Shown here in pieces: positions 28,463 through 38,773 of a DNA stretch of 64,000 nucleotides; within the stretch, counting starts at the first letter, position 1; the number at the start of each line of letters is the position of its first letter. Source of the stretch: an uncultured bacterium (GTDB lineage Bacteria > Krumholzibacteriota > Krumholzibacteriia > LZORAL124-64-63); assembly GCA_963727525.1 (NCBI GenBank), contig CAVSGO010000007.1, forward strand, positions 160,001-224,000, given 5' to 3'. Position numbers and translations under genes: made by a program. The notes below the pieces were generated by a model. That model saw nothing but the letters and a program-made list of their open reading frames with translations, did no database searches and was not told the origin of the DNA.

Positions 28463-29854
28463 CTAGCCGGCATCAGGTTTCGCCATCCTGCGGGGGTCGA
28501 TCAGCGCGTCATACTGTGCACCCGTGAGGTAGCCGAGCGCGGCCGCGGCCTCGCGCAGCGTCGTGCCTTCGGTGTGGGCCCGGTGCGCGATCTCGGCGGC
28601 GTTGTCGTAGCCGAGCGTGGGGGCGAGGGCGGTGACGAGCATGAGGGAGCGTCCAACGACGTTGTCGACGTGGCGCTGGTCCGGCGCGATGCCGCGCGCG
28701 CAGTGGGCGTCGAAGGCGGTCATCATGTCCGCGAGGAGGCCGATGGCGCGCAGCACGGTATCGGCGATGAGCGGCTTGGTCACGTTCAGCTCGAAGTTGC
28801 CCTGGCTGCCGGCGATGGCGACGGCCGTATCGCCGCCGATCACGCGGGTGCACGCCATGATCAGTGCTTCGGCTTGCGAGGGATTGACCTTGCCAGGCAT
28901 GATCGAGCTTCCGGGCTCGTTGGCCGGCAGCGTCAGCTCACCCAGCCCGCAGCGCGGGCCGCTACCCAGCCAGCGCACGTCGTTGGCGATCTTGATCAAC
29001 GCCACGGCGAGCTGACGCAGCGCCGCGCTCACGTGCACGAGCCCATCATGCGCGGCCGTGAGGGCGAGTCGGTCATGCGCCGGTGTGAAGACCTCGCCGG
29101 TGAGTGCGCCGAGGCGCCGGATGGCCCGCACGGCGAACTCCGGGTGCGTGTTGAGCCCGTTGCCCACGGCGGTGCCGCCCAGCGGCAAGGCGCGAAGCGT
29201 GTCGGCTCCGGCGGTGATCGTGGCATGGGCCGCGTCGAGCTGGCTCGCCCAGCCCTGACATTCCTGACCCAGCGTGACGGGCGTGGCATCCATCAGGTGA
29301 GTGCGGCCCGTCTTGACGACGTCGGCCCAGCGCACCGCCTGCTCGCTGAAGGTGCCCTGCAACGCGGCCAGCGCGGGCAGGAGGCGCTGGTGCGTCTGCA
29401 CGACGACGGCCACGTGCATGGCGGTCGGGAACGTATCGTTCGTCGACTGGCCGCGGTTCACGTGGTCGTTGGGGTGCACGCGCCGCGCCGCGCCGCGGCC
29501 GCCGCCGAGCGTTTCGCTTGCGAGGTTGGCCAGCACCTCGTTGAGGTTCATGTTGGTCTGCGTGCCGCTGCCGCTCTGCCAGGGTCCCAGGGGAAACTCG
29601 TCGTCGTGCGTACCGCGGGCGACGTCGGCGGCCACGGCCGCGATCGCAGCGGCGATCTCGCAGGGCACCAGGCCCAGGGCGCCGTTGGTCTCGGCGGCGG
29701 CTTGCTTGATGGCGGCGTAGGCATGGATCAGGGCTCGGGGCAGGGGAGCGTCGGTGGGAAAGTGGGCGAGCGCCCTCTGGGTCTGTGCGCCCCAGGCGCG
29801 TGCGGCCGGCACCTCGACGGTGCCCAGCGAGTCGGATTCGGTGCGGGTGGTCAT
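28463..29854 (-). CDS. fumC: Class II fumarate hydratase
   Basis: Motifs RTESDSLG, GSGTQTNMN, HPNDHVN, GRTHLMDATP and GSSIMPGKVNP. Confidence 0.95.
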   Translation of the reverse strand: MTTRTESDSLGTVEVPAARAWGAQTQRALAHFPTDAPLPRALIHAYAAIKQAAAETNGALGLVPCEIAAAIAAVAADVARGTHDDEFPLGPWQSGSGTQTNMNLNEVLANLASETLGGGRGAARRVHPNDHVNRGQSTNDTFPTAMHVAVVVQTHQRLLPALAALQGTFSEQAVRWADVVKTGRTHLMDATPVTLGQECQGWASQLDAAHATITAGADTLRALPLGGTAVGNGLNTHPEFAVRAIRRLGALTGEVFTPAHDRLALTAAHDGLVHVSAALRQLAVALIKIANDVRWLGSGPRCGLGELTLPANEPGSSIMPGKVNPSQAEALIMACTRVIGGDTAVAIAGSQGNFELNVTKPLIADTVLRAIGLLADMMTAFDAHCARGIAPDQRHVDNVVGRSLMLVTALAPTLGYDNAAEIAHRAHTEGTTLREAAAALGYLTGAQYDALIDPRRMAKPDAG

Positions 29855-29914
29855 GGGCCAGGTCCTTTCGTTCGTGCACAGCATCGTCACGAAGCGACGG
29901 GGAGACAAACGCGC

Positions 29915-29940
29915 GAGCCGGCCCCGCGGGGGACCGGCTC
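29915..29940 (-). terminator. Hairpin downstream of pepT
   Basis: GAGCCGG-CCCC...GGGG-A-CCGGCTC stem with a weak U tract on the minus strand. Confidence 0.4.
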
Positions 29941-29968
29941 ACGATGGTGTCAGGCATGACGATGCGGT

Positions 29969-31228
29969 TTACGCCTCTTTCTCGCGCCACACATCGATGA
30001 TCTGCAGGATGGTCTGCGCGCCCAGTTCCATGTCCTTCGCGCATACCCATTCGTGGTAGCCGTGGAACGATTGCTCGCCGGTGAACACGTTGGGCGTGGG
30101 CAGGCCCATCGCCGTGAGCGTGGCGCCGTCGGTACCGCCGCGGATCGAGCCCAGATGCGGCTCGATGCCCGTGCGCTTCACAGCCTCCATGCCATACGCG
30201 ATCGCACGCGGTTCCTTTTCGAGATCGTACTTCATGTTCCGGTAGTACTCCTTGATCTCGACCTTGCATGACGAGCCGGGCCACTTCGCGCACGCCGCTT
30301 CGGCATACTCGCGGATCTTCTTGGCCTTCACGGGGAGCTGGGCGATGTCGAAGTCACGGATCAGCAGGGTGACGTCGGTGGTCGACGTGTTGCCCTTGAC
30401 CGCGATGGGATGGATATAGCCCTCCTTGCCCTCCGTGGTCTCGGGAGCGCCCTCGCGCGGCAGGTCGGCGAGGAACGTGCCGGCGACCCTGATCGACGAG
30501 ACGAGCCGGCCCTTCGCGTAGCCGGGATGGATGTCGCGGCCGGTGAAGGTGACGATGGCGCTGTCGGCGCAGAACGTCTCGTTCTCGATCTCGCCTCGCG
30601 GGCCGCCGTCCATGGTGTAGGCCACCTTGGCACCGAATTTCTTGATGTCGAAGTGCTTGACGCCGGCGCCCACTTCCTCGTCGGGGGTGAAGCCGATCTT
30701 GATTGAGCCGTGCTTGAAATCGGGATTCTCGACGATGCGCGTGAGCGCTTCCATGATCTCGGCGATGCCGGCCTTGTCGTCGGCGCCGAGCAGGGTGGTG
30801 CCGTCGGCCGTGATGATCGTCTCACCCAGACACGTCTTCAGGTAGGGATTCTCGCTGATCTTGATGACGACGTCATTCTTCGGCAGCTTGATGTCCCCGC
30901 CCTGGTAGTTCTCGTGGAAGGTCGGCTGCACGTTCTCGCCACTGACTTCGGGGTACGTGTCCATGTGCGCGATGAAAGCGATCGTGGGCACCTTCTCGCA
31001 GCCCGCGGAGGCGGGCAGGGTGGCCGTGACGTAGCAATGATCGTCGACGGCGGCGTCCTTGAGGCCCAGGGCCTGCAGTTCCTTGACGAGGATGTGCGCG
31101 AGATCGAACTGGCGCGCGGTGGACGGGTAGGTGTCGCTTTCCTCGCTGCTGCTGGTGTGCACCTTGGCATAGGCCACGAAGCGATCGGTCAGGGACGGAA
31201 ACGAGGAGTCGGACTTCCGCTGGAGCAT
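29969..31228 (-). CDS. pepT: Peptidase T (tripeptidase)
   Basis: Motifs AHMDT, TLLGADDKAG, FTPDEEVG, HPGYAKG, IRGGTDG and FHGYHEW. Confidence 0.95.
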   Translation of the reverse strand: MLQRKSDSSFPSLTDRFVAYAKVHTSSSEESDTYPSTARQFDLAHILVKELQALGLKDAAVDDHCYVTATLPASAGCEKVPTIAFIAHMDTYPEVSGENVQPTFHENYQGGDIKLPKNDVVIKISENPYLKTCLGETIITADGTTLLGADDKAGIAEIMEALTRIVENPDFKHGSIKIGFTPDEEVGAGVKHFDIKKFGAKVAYTMDGGPRGEIENETFCADSAIVTFTGRDIHPGYAKGRLVSSIRVAGTFLADLPREGAPETTEGKEGYIHPIAVKGNTSTTDVTLLIRDFDIAQLPVKAKKIREYAEAACAKWPGSSCKVEIKEYYRNMKYDLEKEPRAIAYGMEAVKRTGIEPHLGSIRGGTDGATLTAMGLPTPNVFTGEQSFHGYHEWVCAKDMELGAQTILQIIDVWREKEA

Positions 31229-31481
31229 GCTGAGCCTCCGGCATTCGGGTGAGTGGATCGCGCCGGTGGGTGCCACGGCGTCGGGGACGGATGCATGGGG
31301 CCATGATACTCGGGCCGGAGCGTGGGGGCAAGCCGCGCCGGACGGGCGCGTACGAGGCGCCCCGTCTGCCAAGTCATGCTTGTCGCCGGTGGGGGCGTTT
31401 GTTAGGGTTGCCGGGTTCACACGTCAACAATGACCGGCCAAGTCGGTCGATTGTGTCCCCGTTCGTCCACCGGAGGTGTCC

Positions 31482-33488
31482 ATGGACGTCAGCGGCAACG
31501 CCAGGAACCTGCCCGACAACGCGTACCGCAAGCTCCATCCCGGCGAGCAATACGTGCCGGTGGTACCGGCCGAGCGGATCGTGCCGGAGCTGACTCCGTA
31601 CGCCCTGTTCTGGGGCCTGTTCTACGCCATCCTGTTCTCGGCGGCCTGTGCTTATCTCGGCCTGAAGATCGGACAGGTCTTCGAGGCGGCCATCCCGATC
31701 ACAATCCTCGCGATCGGCCTGAGCAGCGGCCTCAAGAAGAAGAACGCCTTGCAGCAGAACGTGTTGATCCAGTCGATCGGATCCGCCTCGGGTGTCGTGG
31801 TCGCCGGCGCGATCTTCACGGTGCCGGGGTTGTACATCCTGGGGCTCGACGCGCAAGCCGGCTTCTTCCGCATCTTCATGGCCTCGCTGCTGGGCGGTTT
31901 CCTGGGCATCCTCTTCCTGATCCCGTTCCGCCGGTACTTCGTCAAGGACATGCACGGCGAGTTCCCGTTTCCCGAAGCCACGGCGTCGACCGAGGTGCTC
32001 ATGGCCGGCGAAGCGGGCGGCGAGCAGGCCAAGGTGCTGATCCAGGCGGGCAGCGTCGCCGGCATCTACCAGCTCGCGCTGAGCACGTTCAAGCTCTGGG
32101 GCGAGCAGTTCACGACGATCAAGTTCGGCTGGGGCGAGCGCCTCGCCGCGTCTACCCGACTCGAGTTCCGCATGCTCGTGGAGGCGGCGGTCGTGGGTCT
32201 GGGCTACATCGTCGGCCTGCGCTATGCGCTCATCATCGCCTCGGGATCGTTCCTGGCCTGGTGGGTCATGACGCCGATGATCGGCATCCTCGGCAAGGGG
32301 CTGCGGATCGGCGACGAGACCTACCAGCTTCCGGCGATCGCTGCGCTCGCGCCGCAGGACATCTTCTACAACTTCGTGCGGCCGGTGGGTATCGGCGCCA
32401 TCGCGATGGCGGGCCTGATCGGCGTGTGGAAAAGCCGCCGCATCATCCTGGGCGCGTTCAAACTGGCCATGCAGGCGGGCAAACGCGCGGGCGAGGCGGG
32501 CGACAGCGTCGAGCGTACGCAGCACGATCTGCCCATGCCGCTGGTGACGACTCTGACGGTGGTCACGCTGGCCGCCGTGTTCCTCTTCTTCTGGGCCGGC
32601 GTCACGCACAACCTCGGCCATGCGATCGCCGGACTGCTCATCGTGGGCGTGATCGCGTTCCTGTTCACCACGGTCGCCGCGCGGGCGATCGCTATCGTCG
32701 GTTCGAACCCCGTGTCGGGCATGACGCTGATGACGCTGATCATCAGCTCGGTCGTGCTGAACTGGGTGGGGCTCAACGGCACCGAGGGCATCGTCGCCGC
32801 CTTGCTGATCGGTGGTGTGGTGTGCACCGCGCTGTCGATGAGCGGTGGCTTCGTCAGCGACCTCAAGATCGGCTACTGGCTGGGCACCACGCCCAGCGTG
32901 CAGCAGAAGTGGAAGTTCCTGGGCACGGCGGTTTCGGCCGCCGCAGTGGCCCTGGTCATCATGTTGCTCGACCGCACCTACGGCTTCGGCGAGGGGGGCC
33001 TCGAGGCGCCGCAGGCCAGTGCCATGGCGGCGGTGATCGAACCCCTGATGACCGGGCAATCGGCGCCCTGGGTCCTCTACATGGCCGGGGTGTTCATGGC
33101 ACTCGTGCTCGAGTGGTCCGGCGTGCCGGCCCTCGCCTTCGCGCTGGGTATGTACCTGCCGCTGCATCTGAACACACCCGTGCTCGCGGGCGGCATCGTG
33201 GCCTACCTCGCCGCCAGGGGCAAGACGGAGGAGGTCGTGACCAAGCGCCGCGAGCGCGGCACGCTGATGGCCAGCGGTTTCGTGGCCGGCGGCGCCATCA
33301 TGGGCGTGGTCTCGGCACTGGTGCTCTACCTCGGCCGCCTCGTGGGTGGCGACGATTGGTCGGTGGCCACGTCCATCGGCACAGAGCACTGGTCGGAGAC
33401 CGGTGCGGCCGGCCTGGTGGGTCTGGTGCTGTTTCTCGGCCTCTGTCTGTACCTGTGGGCCGGTGCGCGGAGTGCCGCGAAGGACTGA
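31482..33488 (+). CDS. OPT family oligopeptide transporter
   Basis: Motifs YLGLKIG..FEAAIP, FPEATA, GSNPVSGMT, DLKIGYWLG.TP..QQ, APQA and GMYLP; many TM segments. Confidence 0.93.
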   Translation: MDVSGNARNLPDNAYRKLHPGEQYVPVVPAERIVPELTPYALFWGLFYAILFSAACAYLGLKIGQVFEAAIPITILAIGLSSGLKKKNALQQNVLIQSIGSASGVVVAGAIFTVPGLYILGLDAQAGFFRIFMASLLGGFLGILFLIPFRRYFVKDMHGEFPFPEATASTEVLMAGEAGGEQAKVLIQAGSVAGIYQLALSTFKLWGEQFTTIKFGWGERLAASTRLEFRMLVEAAVVGLGYIVGLRYALIIASGSFLAWWVMTPMIGILGKGLRIGDETYQLPAIAALAPQDIFYNFVRPVGIGAIAMAGLIGVWKSRRIILGAFKLAMQAGKRAGEAGDSVERTQHDLPMPLVTTLTVVTLAAVFLFFWAGVTHNLGHAIAGLLIVGVIAFLFTTVAARAIAIVGSNPVSGMTLMTLIISSVVLNWVGLNGTEGIVAALLIGGVVCTALSMSGGFVSDLKIGYWLGTTPSVQQKWKFLGTAVSAAAVALVIMLLDRTYGFGEGGLEAPQASAMAAVIEPLMTGQSAPWVLYMAGVFMALVLEWSGVPALAFALGMYLPLHLNTPVLAGGIVAYLAARGKTEEVVTKRRERGTLMASGFVAGGAIMGVVSALVLYLGRLVGGDDWSVATSIGTEHWSETGAAGLVGLVLFLGLCLYLWAGARSAAKD

Positions 33489-33509
33489 GGTGCCAGTTGA
33501 ACGCTTGGG

Positions 33510-33536
33510 GAGGCCGCCGGCCCGGTCGGCGGCCTC
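33510..33536 (+). terminator. Hairpin downstream of the OPT gene
   Basis: GAGGCCGCCG...CGGCGGCCTC forms a 10-bp stem; there is no clear U tract. Confidence 0.4.
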
Positions 33537-33617
33537 ACCGTCTCCGCCGCGATTGGCGCCCGTCCCCCCGACGACCTAATTTGACGCCAGTTTCCAGTCC
33601 GACCAGGAGGTCTTCGC

Positions 33618-34112
33618 GTGTCCTGTCCCTGCGGTTCCAGTCTCGATTTCACCGCCTGCTGCGAACCCATCCTCTCCGGCATGAGCCCGGCGCCCACCGC
33701 CGAGGCACTCATGCGGGCCCGTTACACCGCTTTCACCCGCGCGGACATCGCCTTCCTCATGGCGTCGGTCCATCCGGATTCCCGCCACGAGCACGACGAG
33801 GACGCGGTTCGGGATTGGGCGGAGAACAGCACCTGGAAGGGACTGGAGATCCGGGATACCGTGGACGGCGGCGAGGGCGACGACACGGGCAGCGTGGAGT
33901 TCGTCGCGCGCTACGTCTACCAGGACGAGGACCGCACCCGACGTCACCATGAGCTGGCCACCTTCGCCCGTCACGAAGGCCAATGGCTCTTCGTCAATGG
34001 CGAGAAGGTGAAGTCGAAGCCCGTGGTGCGCGACGAGCCGAAGGTCGGGCGCAACGATCCGTGTCCGTGCGGCAGCGGCAAGAAGTATAAAAAGTGCTGC
34101 GGGCAGGCCTGA
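33618..34112 (+). CDS. YchJ family protein with SEC-C motifs
   Basis: Motifs [26 protein letters not shown]...F and [20 protein letters not shown]. Confidence 0.92.
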   Translation: MSCPCGSSLDFTACCEPILSGMSPAPTAEALMRARYTAFTRADIAFLMASVHPDSRHEHDEDAVRDWAENSTWKGLEIRDTVDGGEGDDTGSVEFVARYVYQDEDRTRRHHELATFARHEGQWLFVNGEKVKSKPVVRDEPKVGRNDPCPCGSGKKYKKCCGQA

Positions 34113-35908
34113 CACTCCTGGTCTTTCTCTTCCTCCCGGCGACCGCGGTCGTGGCCACGCCTCCGGCCGCCGCGGATTCGACGGACACGTCGCCCTGGTT
34201 CATGCGCAACATCACGCGCTGGTTCGCCAGCCGCGATCCGGCGCTGTCCGCCTCGCCGATCGGCACGATCCGGCGCGCCGAGACGCCATTCCTGCCCGAG
34301 GCCGGCCGCCGTATCCGCCAGATCGAGATCCGCGACCGCAAGGCATTCGGCACGGTGGTAGGGGACTCGTCTGCAGGTCAGAACTGGCTGCTCAGCGCCG
34401 TGCGCCTGACGACGTCGCCCCTGGAGGCTGCCCTCAACAGCCTCTACACCGGAACGCGGCCGACGGTGGCGGCCGACTACCTCCTGTTCCACGTCGGCGA
34501 CCTGCTCGATCCTTTCGCGCTGGCCGACACCGAGCGGTTGCTGCGCGAGGCCGCGTTCACCTACGACGTCCGCATCGAGGTCTTCCCGGCCGCCGACGGG
34601 TCGGACGCCGTCGATGTCGTCGTGCTCGTGCGCGATCGCTGGCCGTATGGTGCCGACCTCGTGGTCAAGGAGAGCGATCGCTACGATCTGACACTTTTCC
34701 ATCGCAACCTCCTCGGCCGCGGCATCGATCTGGAGACGCGCCTGCTCTTCGACGCGGGACACGTGCCCAGAACCGGACATCAGTCGCGGTTGCAGTGGTC
34801 GAATCTCCAAGGCACCCTCGTTGATGCGCGACTCGCCTGGCGACGCGCGTGGGATCGCGACGAACGCAGCGCGACCCTCGCGCGACGGCTGCGCACACCC
34901 TCGCAGCACGTGGTAGGCGGGCTGGGCGTGGGGCAGTTCACGGATCGCACGCTGCAGCCGGAGGCCCCGGGCGCCGAGGTCGTCTGGCGCACTTACGACG
35001 CCTGGGCCGGTCGTGTCTATGCGTTGGGGCGTGACGAGCCAGGCCGGCGCCCGCGCCGCCGTGTGGTGCCAGCCCTCAGCGTGGGCGACGTGGCCTACGT
35101 GCGTCGGCCCGACGTACCGGCCGAGCAGCGGCCACTCTTTCTGGACCACACGCAGTACCTCGTTGGTGCGACCCTGATCGACTGGGAGAGTTACCGGACG
35201 AGCCTCGTGCTCGGCTACGGGGAAACGGAGGACATCCCGGCCGGCCTTCTGCTGTCGTTCGTGGGCGGATTCGAGACGTGCGAGTGCCACGATCGCCTGT
35301 ACCACGGCGTGTCGCTACGCCTGGCCCGCGTGCTGGCCGATGGTGGCTACTTGAACGGGCGTGCGGCGTGGGGCGCGTACCGACGGCAAGGCAGGGTGGA
35401 AGATGGCGTCTTCGACGTGCGCCTGGGCGCGTTCTCGCGCCTACGCCAGGCGGGAGCGATGCTGTGGCGGCACTTCCTCGAGGTGGCGTATACTCGCGGC
35501 CTGAACCGTAGCCAGCTCGACGGTATCACGCTCGAGGGGGCCACGGGCGTGCGCGAACTGGACACGGATGGATTGAGAGGCAATCAGCGCCTGCAGGCGA
35601 GCCTGGAAACCGTGGCCTTCACACCGTATTCGGTTCTCGGCTTCAAGCTGGCTGTGTATGCCTTCGCCGATGCGGGATTGCTGGGCGACACCGAGGATGC
35701 GCTCTTCGACCGACGTCTCGCCACCAGCCTGGGCCTGGGACTGCGTATCAAGAACCCGGGACTGGCGTTTCCCACCCTGCAGGTGCAGCTGGCGAACGTG
35801 CATTCCCAACGTGGGTGGGACGCATTGATCTCGGTGGGCTCGGGCGACGGGGGGCTCGTCGAACTCGGCACGGCCGACGTGCGACCGGCCGTGGTTCCGT
35901 ATCGCTGA
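34094..35908 (+). CDS. Omp85 (BamA/TamA-like) outer membrane protein
   Basis: Signal peptide, POTRA-like [34 protein letters not shown], and a beta-barrel C-terminus with FADAG and GLGLRI. Confidence 0.7.
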   Translation: MLRAGLTLLVFLFLPATAVVATPPAAADSTDTSPWFMRNITRWFASRDPALSASPIGTIRRAETPFLPEAGRRIRQIEIRDRKAFGTVVGDSSAGQNWLLSAVRLTTSPLEAALNSLYTGTRPTVAADYLLFHVGDLLDPFALADTERLLREAAFTYDVRIEVFPAADGSDAVDVVVLVRDRWPYGADLVVKESDRYDLTLFHRNLLGRGIDLETRLLFDAGHVPRTGHQSRLQWSNLQGTLVDARLAWRRAWDRDERSATLARRLRTPSQHVVGGLGVGQFTDRTLQPEAPGAEVVWRTYDAWAGRVYALGRDEPGRRPRRRVVPALSVGDVAYVRRPDVPAEQRPLFLDHTQYLVGATLIDWESYRTSLVLGYGETEDIPAGLLLSFVGGFETCECHDRLYHGVSLRLARVLADGGYLNGRAAWGAYRRQGRVEDGVFDVRLGAFSRLRQAGAMLWRHFLEVAYTRGLNRSQLDGITLEGATGVRELDTDGLRGNQRLQASLETVAFTPYSVLGFKLAVYAFADAGLLGDTEDALFDRRLATSLGLGLRIKNPGLAFPTLQVQLANVHSQRGWDALISVGSGDGGLVELGTADVRPAVVPYR

Positions 35909-35953
35909 GCGATATGCTAACGTGACCGACGATTCACCCCGAAAGGACCGGAC

Positions 35954-36991
35954 TTGCGACAGATCTGGCAGATGCGACGCGGTGGTCCCGACGTGCTCAT
36001 GTTGCGCGAGGTGCCCGATCCGCAGCCGCGTGCTGGCGAGGTGCGGGTGCGCACGGCGCTGGCCGGCGTGAACTTCGCCGACCTGATGATGCGCTTCGGT
36101 CTCTACCCAGATGCGCCGACGCCGCCCTGCGTACCGGGCTACGAGGTCGCCGGCGTGATCGATGCCGTGGGCGACGACGTGCCGGCCGAGCGCCTCGGAG
36201 AGCGGGTGGTCGCCCTGTGCCGATTCGGCGGCTACAGCGAGTGCGTCTGCGTGCCGGCCCGGCAGGCGCTCGCCGTGCCCGACGGTGTGGACGACGTGGC
36301 CGCTGCCGCGCTGCCGGTGGCGTACCTGACGGCCTACATGATGCTGCGTGTCCTGGCCCCGGTGCGCCCCGGCGACCGCGTGCTCGTGCATGGCGCGGCC
36401 GGCGGGGTCGGACAGGCCGCCTGCCAGCTCGTCCACCTCGCCGGTGGCGAGGTGCTCGCGTCGGCGTCGCCGGCGAAGCATGAACGGTTGCAACGCGAGG
36501 GTGCGCGGATGGTCTTCGACTCGCGGGCGCGTCATTTCGCGACGGCAGTGCGCGCGGCCACCGCCGGGCATGGATGCGACATCGCACTCGAGCCGCGCCA
36601 CGGTCGGTGGATCATGGAGAGCTACCGGTCGCTCGGCGAGGGCGGGCGTCTGGTGCTCCATGGCTTCGCGAGCGCGGCCACGTCGCGGCCGGGTACGCTG
36701 TCGGCCCTGCGCACGCTCGCCCAGGTGCCCTGGCTGCGCCTGAATCCGCTGGCGTTGATGAACGACAACCGCGCGGTGGCGGGCGTGAACCTGGGACGCA
36801 TGTGGGAGCGCGGCGACCTGCTCGAGGCGTGGCTGGGCGAGCTGCTGCAGTTGCTGGCTGACGGCGCCATCGCGCCGACCATCGATCGCGTCGTTCCCGC
36901 CGGCGAGGCCCCCTCGGCGCATCGGCGGTTGCAGGAACGGCTGAACGTGGGCAAGGTGCTGCTCGATTTCCGCTCCGGAGGCGATGCGTGA
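35954..36991 (+). CDS. Medium-chain dehydrogenase/quinone oxidoreductase (VAT-1-like)
   Basis: Motifs GGPDVL, GVNFAD..R.GLY, VPGYEVAG, YLTAY, HGAAGGVG and NVGKVLL. TTG start. Confidence 0.88.
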   Translation: MRQIWQMRRGGPDVLMLREVPDPQPRAGEVRVRTALAGVNFADLMMRFGLYPDAPTPPCVPGYEVAGVIDAVGDDVPAERLGERVVALCRFGGYSECVCVPARQALAVPDGVDDVAAAALPVAYLTAYMMLRVLAPVRPGDRVLVHGAAGGVGQAACQLVHLAGGEVLASASPAKHERLQREGARMVFDSRARHFATAVRAATAGHGCDIALEPRHGRWIMESYRSLGEGGRLVLHGFASAATSRPGTLSALRTLAQVPWLRLNPLALMNDNRAVAGVNLGRMWERGDLLEAWLGELLQLLADGAIAPTIDRVVPAGEAPSAHRRLQERLNVGKVLLDFRSGGDA

Positions 36992-37728
36992 AGGTGTCGG
37001 CGGCTATCATCACCCACAACGACGCCGCCGCGCTGGCGCGTTGCCTGGCGTCGCTCGGCTGGTGCGACGAGATCCTGGTGCTCGACCAGGCCAGCACCGA
37101 CGACACGGCGGCGGTCTGCGCGCGGCACGGAGCCGTGCTGCAGCAGAGCGAGTGGCTGGGCTTCGGGCGCACGAAACAGCGCGCCGTCGACGCGTGCCGC
37201 AACCGCTGGGTTCTGAGCATCGACACGGACGAGGTGGTGACGCCGCCGTTGCGCGACGCGATCCTCGCCCTGCCCGCGTCGCCCCCCGAGGCCGCCTTCG
37301 CCGTGAACCGTCTCAGCCGCTTCCTCGGCCGCTGGATCCATCATTGCGGCTGGCATCCCGACCGGGTGGTACGGCTCTTCGACCGCGAACGCGCGCATTT
37401 CGACGCGAAGCCGGTGCACGAATCCGTGCAGACCGACGGTGCGGTCGGCCGTCTGCCCGGGCTGCTGGAGCACGCCACGTACGACACGATGGAGCAGTAC
37501 GTGGACAAGCTGAACCGCTATACGACGGCGGCCGCCGAGGACCTTCACGCCGCCGGTCGGCGGGCCACGCTGCCCCAGGCTGTGGTGCGCGCCCAGGCCG
37601 CGTTCTGGCGTATGTGGCTGCTGCAGCGGGGCCTTCAGGACGGCTGGGCGGGCACGGTGCTGTGCCTGGCCTCGAGCTTCTACGTGCTCACGAAGTACGT
37701 GAAGCTCTGGCGGATGGATCGGCCATGA
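36988..37728 (+). CDS. Glycosyltransferase family 2 (LPS core, WaaE/KdtX-like)
   Basis: Motifs IITHN..CL.SL..DEILVLD..STD.T, WLGFG..K, DTDE and VHE. Confidence 0.85.
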   Translation: MKVSAAIITHNDAAALARCLASLGWCDEILVLDQASTDDTAAVCARHGAVLQQSEWLGFGRTKQRAVDACRNRWVLSIDTDEVVTPPLRDAILALPASPPEAAFAVNRLSRFLGRWIHHCGWHPDRVVRLFDRERAHFDAKPVHESVQTDGAVGRLPGLLEHATYDTMEQYVDKLNRYTTAAAEDLHAAGRRATLPQAVVRAQAAFWRMWLLQRGLQDGWAGTVLCLASSFYVLTKYVKLWRMDRP

Positions 37729-38759
37729 AGGTGCTCGTTGCCCGCTGTGATCGCCTCGGCGATCTCGTCCTCTCGCTGCCGGTCTTCGCCTGGCTAAGGG
37801 AGCGGCGCCCGCAGTGGGAGATGCACGCCCTGGTGGCGCCCTCGGGCGTGGCCCTGGTGGAGCACGACCTGGCCATCGATGCGCTCTATACCTGGAACGG
37901 CGTCGACGATCCGGCGCTGGAACAGAAGCTGCGCGACGAACACTATGACGCGGCTCTCGTCCTGCAATATCAGGTGCCGCTCGCGAAGATGCTCAGGCGC
38001 TGCGACATTCCGCGGCGCATCGGACCGCTGTCGAAACTGTCGAGCTGGTGGCTGCTGAACCGGGGTGTGGTGCAGGGGCGTTCGCGCGTCCGCCGCCACG
38101 AGCGGGACTACAATCTGCAACTCGCCCGGAAACTCGCGTCGGGACCCCGCGATTCGGCGCCGGATCCGGTGCTCCGGCTGAGCCCGCAGCAACGCGAGGC
38201 CGGGTTGCTGCTGCGCGCACGGCTCGCGCCGGGGGCGCACACGCTCGTCTTCGTGCACCCGGGCAGCGGCGGCTCGGCTCTGGACTGGCCGCCGCGGGAA
38301 TTTGCCGCCCTGGCCGGACTCCTGGCCCACGAGCGGGGATGGAAGGTGCTCGTCACCGGGAGTCACCACGACCGGCTCTGCCTGGACCAGCTCGCGCCCT
38401 ATCTCGATCCGGCGGTCACCGTCGTGGCGGAACGCTTTGCGCTGCGCGAGTTTCTCGGATTGGTGGCCGCCGGTGACGCGATGATCGCGCCGAGCACGGG
38501 GCCGCTGCACATGGCCGCGGCGCTGGGGCTGGTGGCCGTCGGTCTGTATCCGCCGGCGCCGACGATGAGCGCCCGTCGCTGGGGACCGCTGGGCCCATGG
38601 AGCCGCGCGATCACCCCCGACGTGCAATGCCCGTCGCGGCGCCACTGCTGGCGGGAGCAATGCCTGCTGTACAACTGCCTCGCGGCGATCCGGCCGGCCG
38701 ATGTGGCCGCCATGGTGCGCGAGCTCGTCTTGCGGCGCGAGCGCGCCGCCGCCTCGTGA
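37725..38759 (+). CDS. Glycosyltransferase family 9 (heptosyltransferase-like)
   Basis: Motifs R.DRLGDLVLSLP, HPGSGG, STGPLHMAAALG and RWGP. ATGA overlap with the GT2 gene. Confidence 0.88.
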   Translation: MKVLVARCDRLGDLVLSLPVFAWLRERRPQWEMHALVAPSGVALVEHDLAIDALYTWNGVDDPALEQKLRDEHYDAALVLQYQVPLAKMLRRCDIPRRIGPLSKLSSWWLLNRGVVQGRSRVRRHERDYNLQLARKLASGPRDSAPDPVLRLSPQQREAGLLLRARLAPGAHTLVFVHPGSGGSALDWPPREFAALAGLLAHERGWKVLVTGSHHDRLCLDQLAPYLDPAVTVVAERFALREFLGLVAAGDAMIAPSTGPLHMAAALGLVAVGLYPPAPTMSARRWGPLGPWSRAITPDVQCPSRRHCWREQCLLYNCLAAIRPADVAAMVRELVLRRERAAAS

Positions 38760-38773
38760 AGGAGAGAGTCATC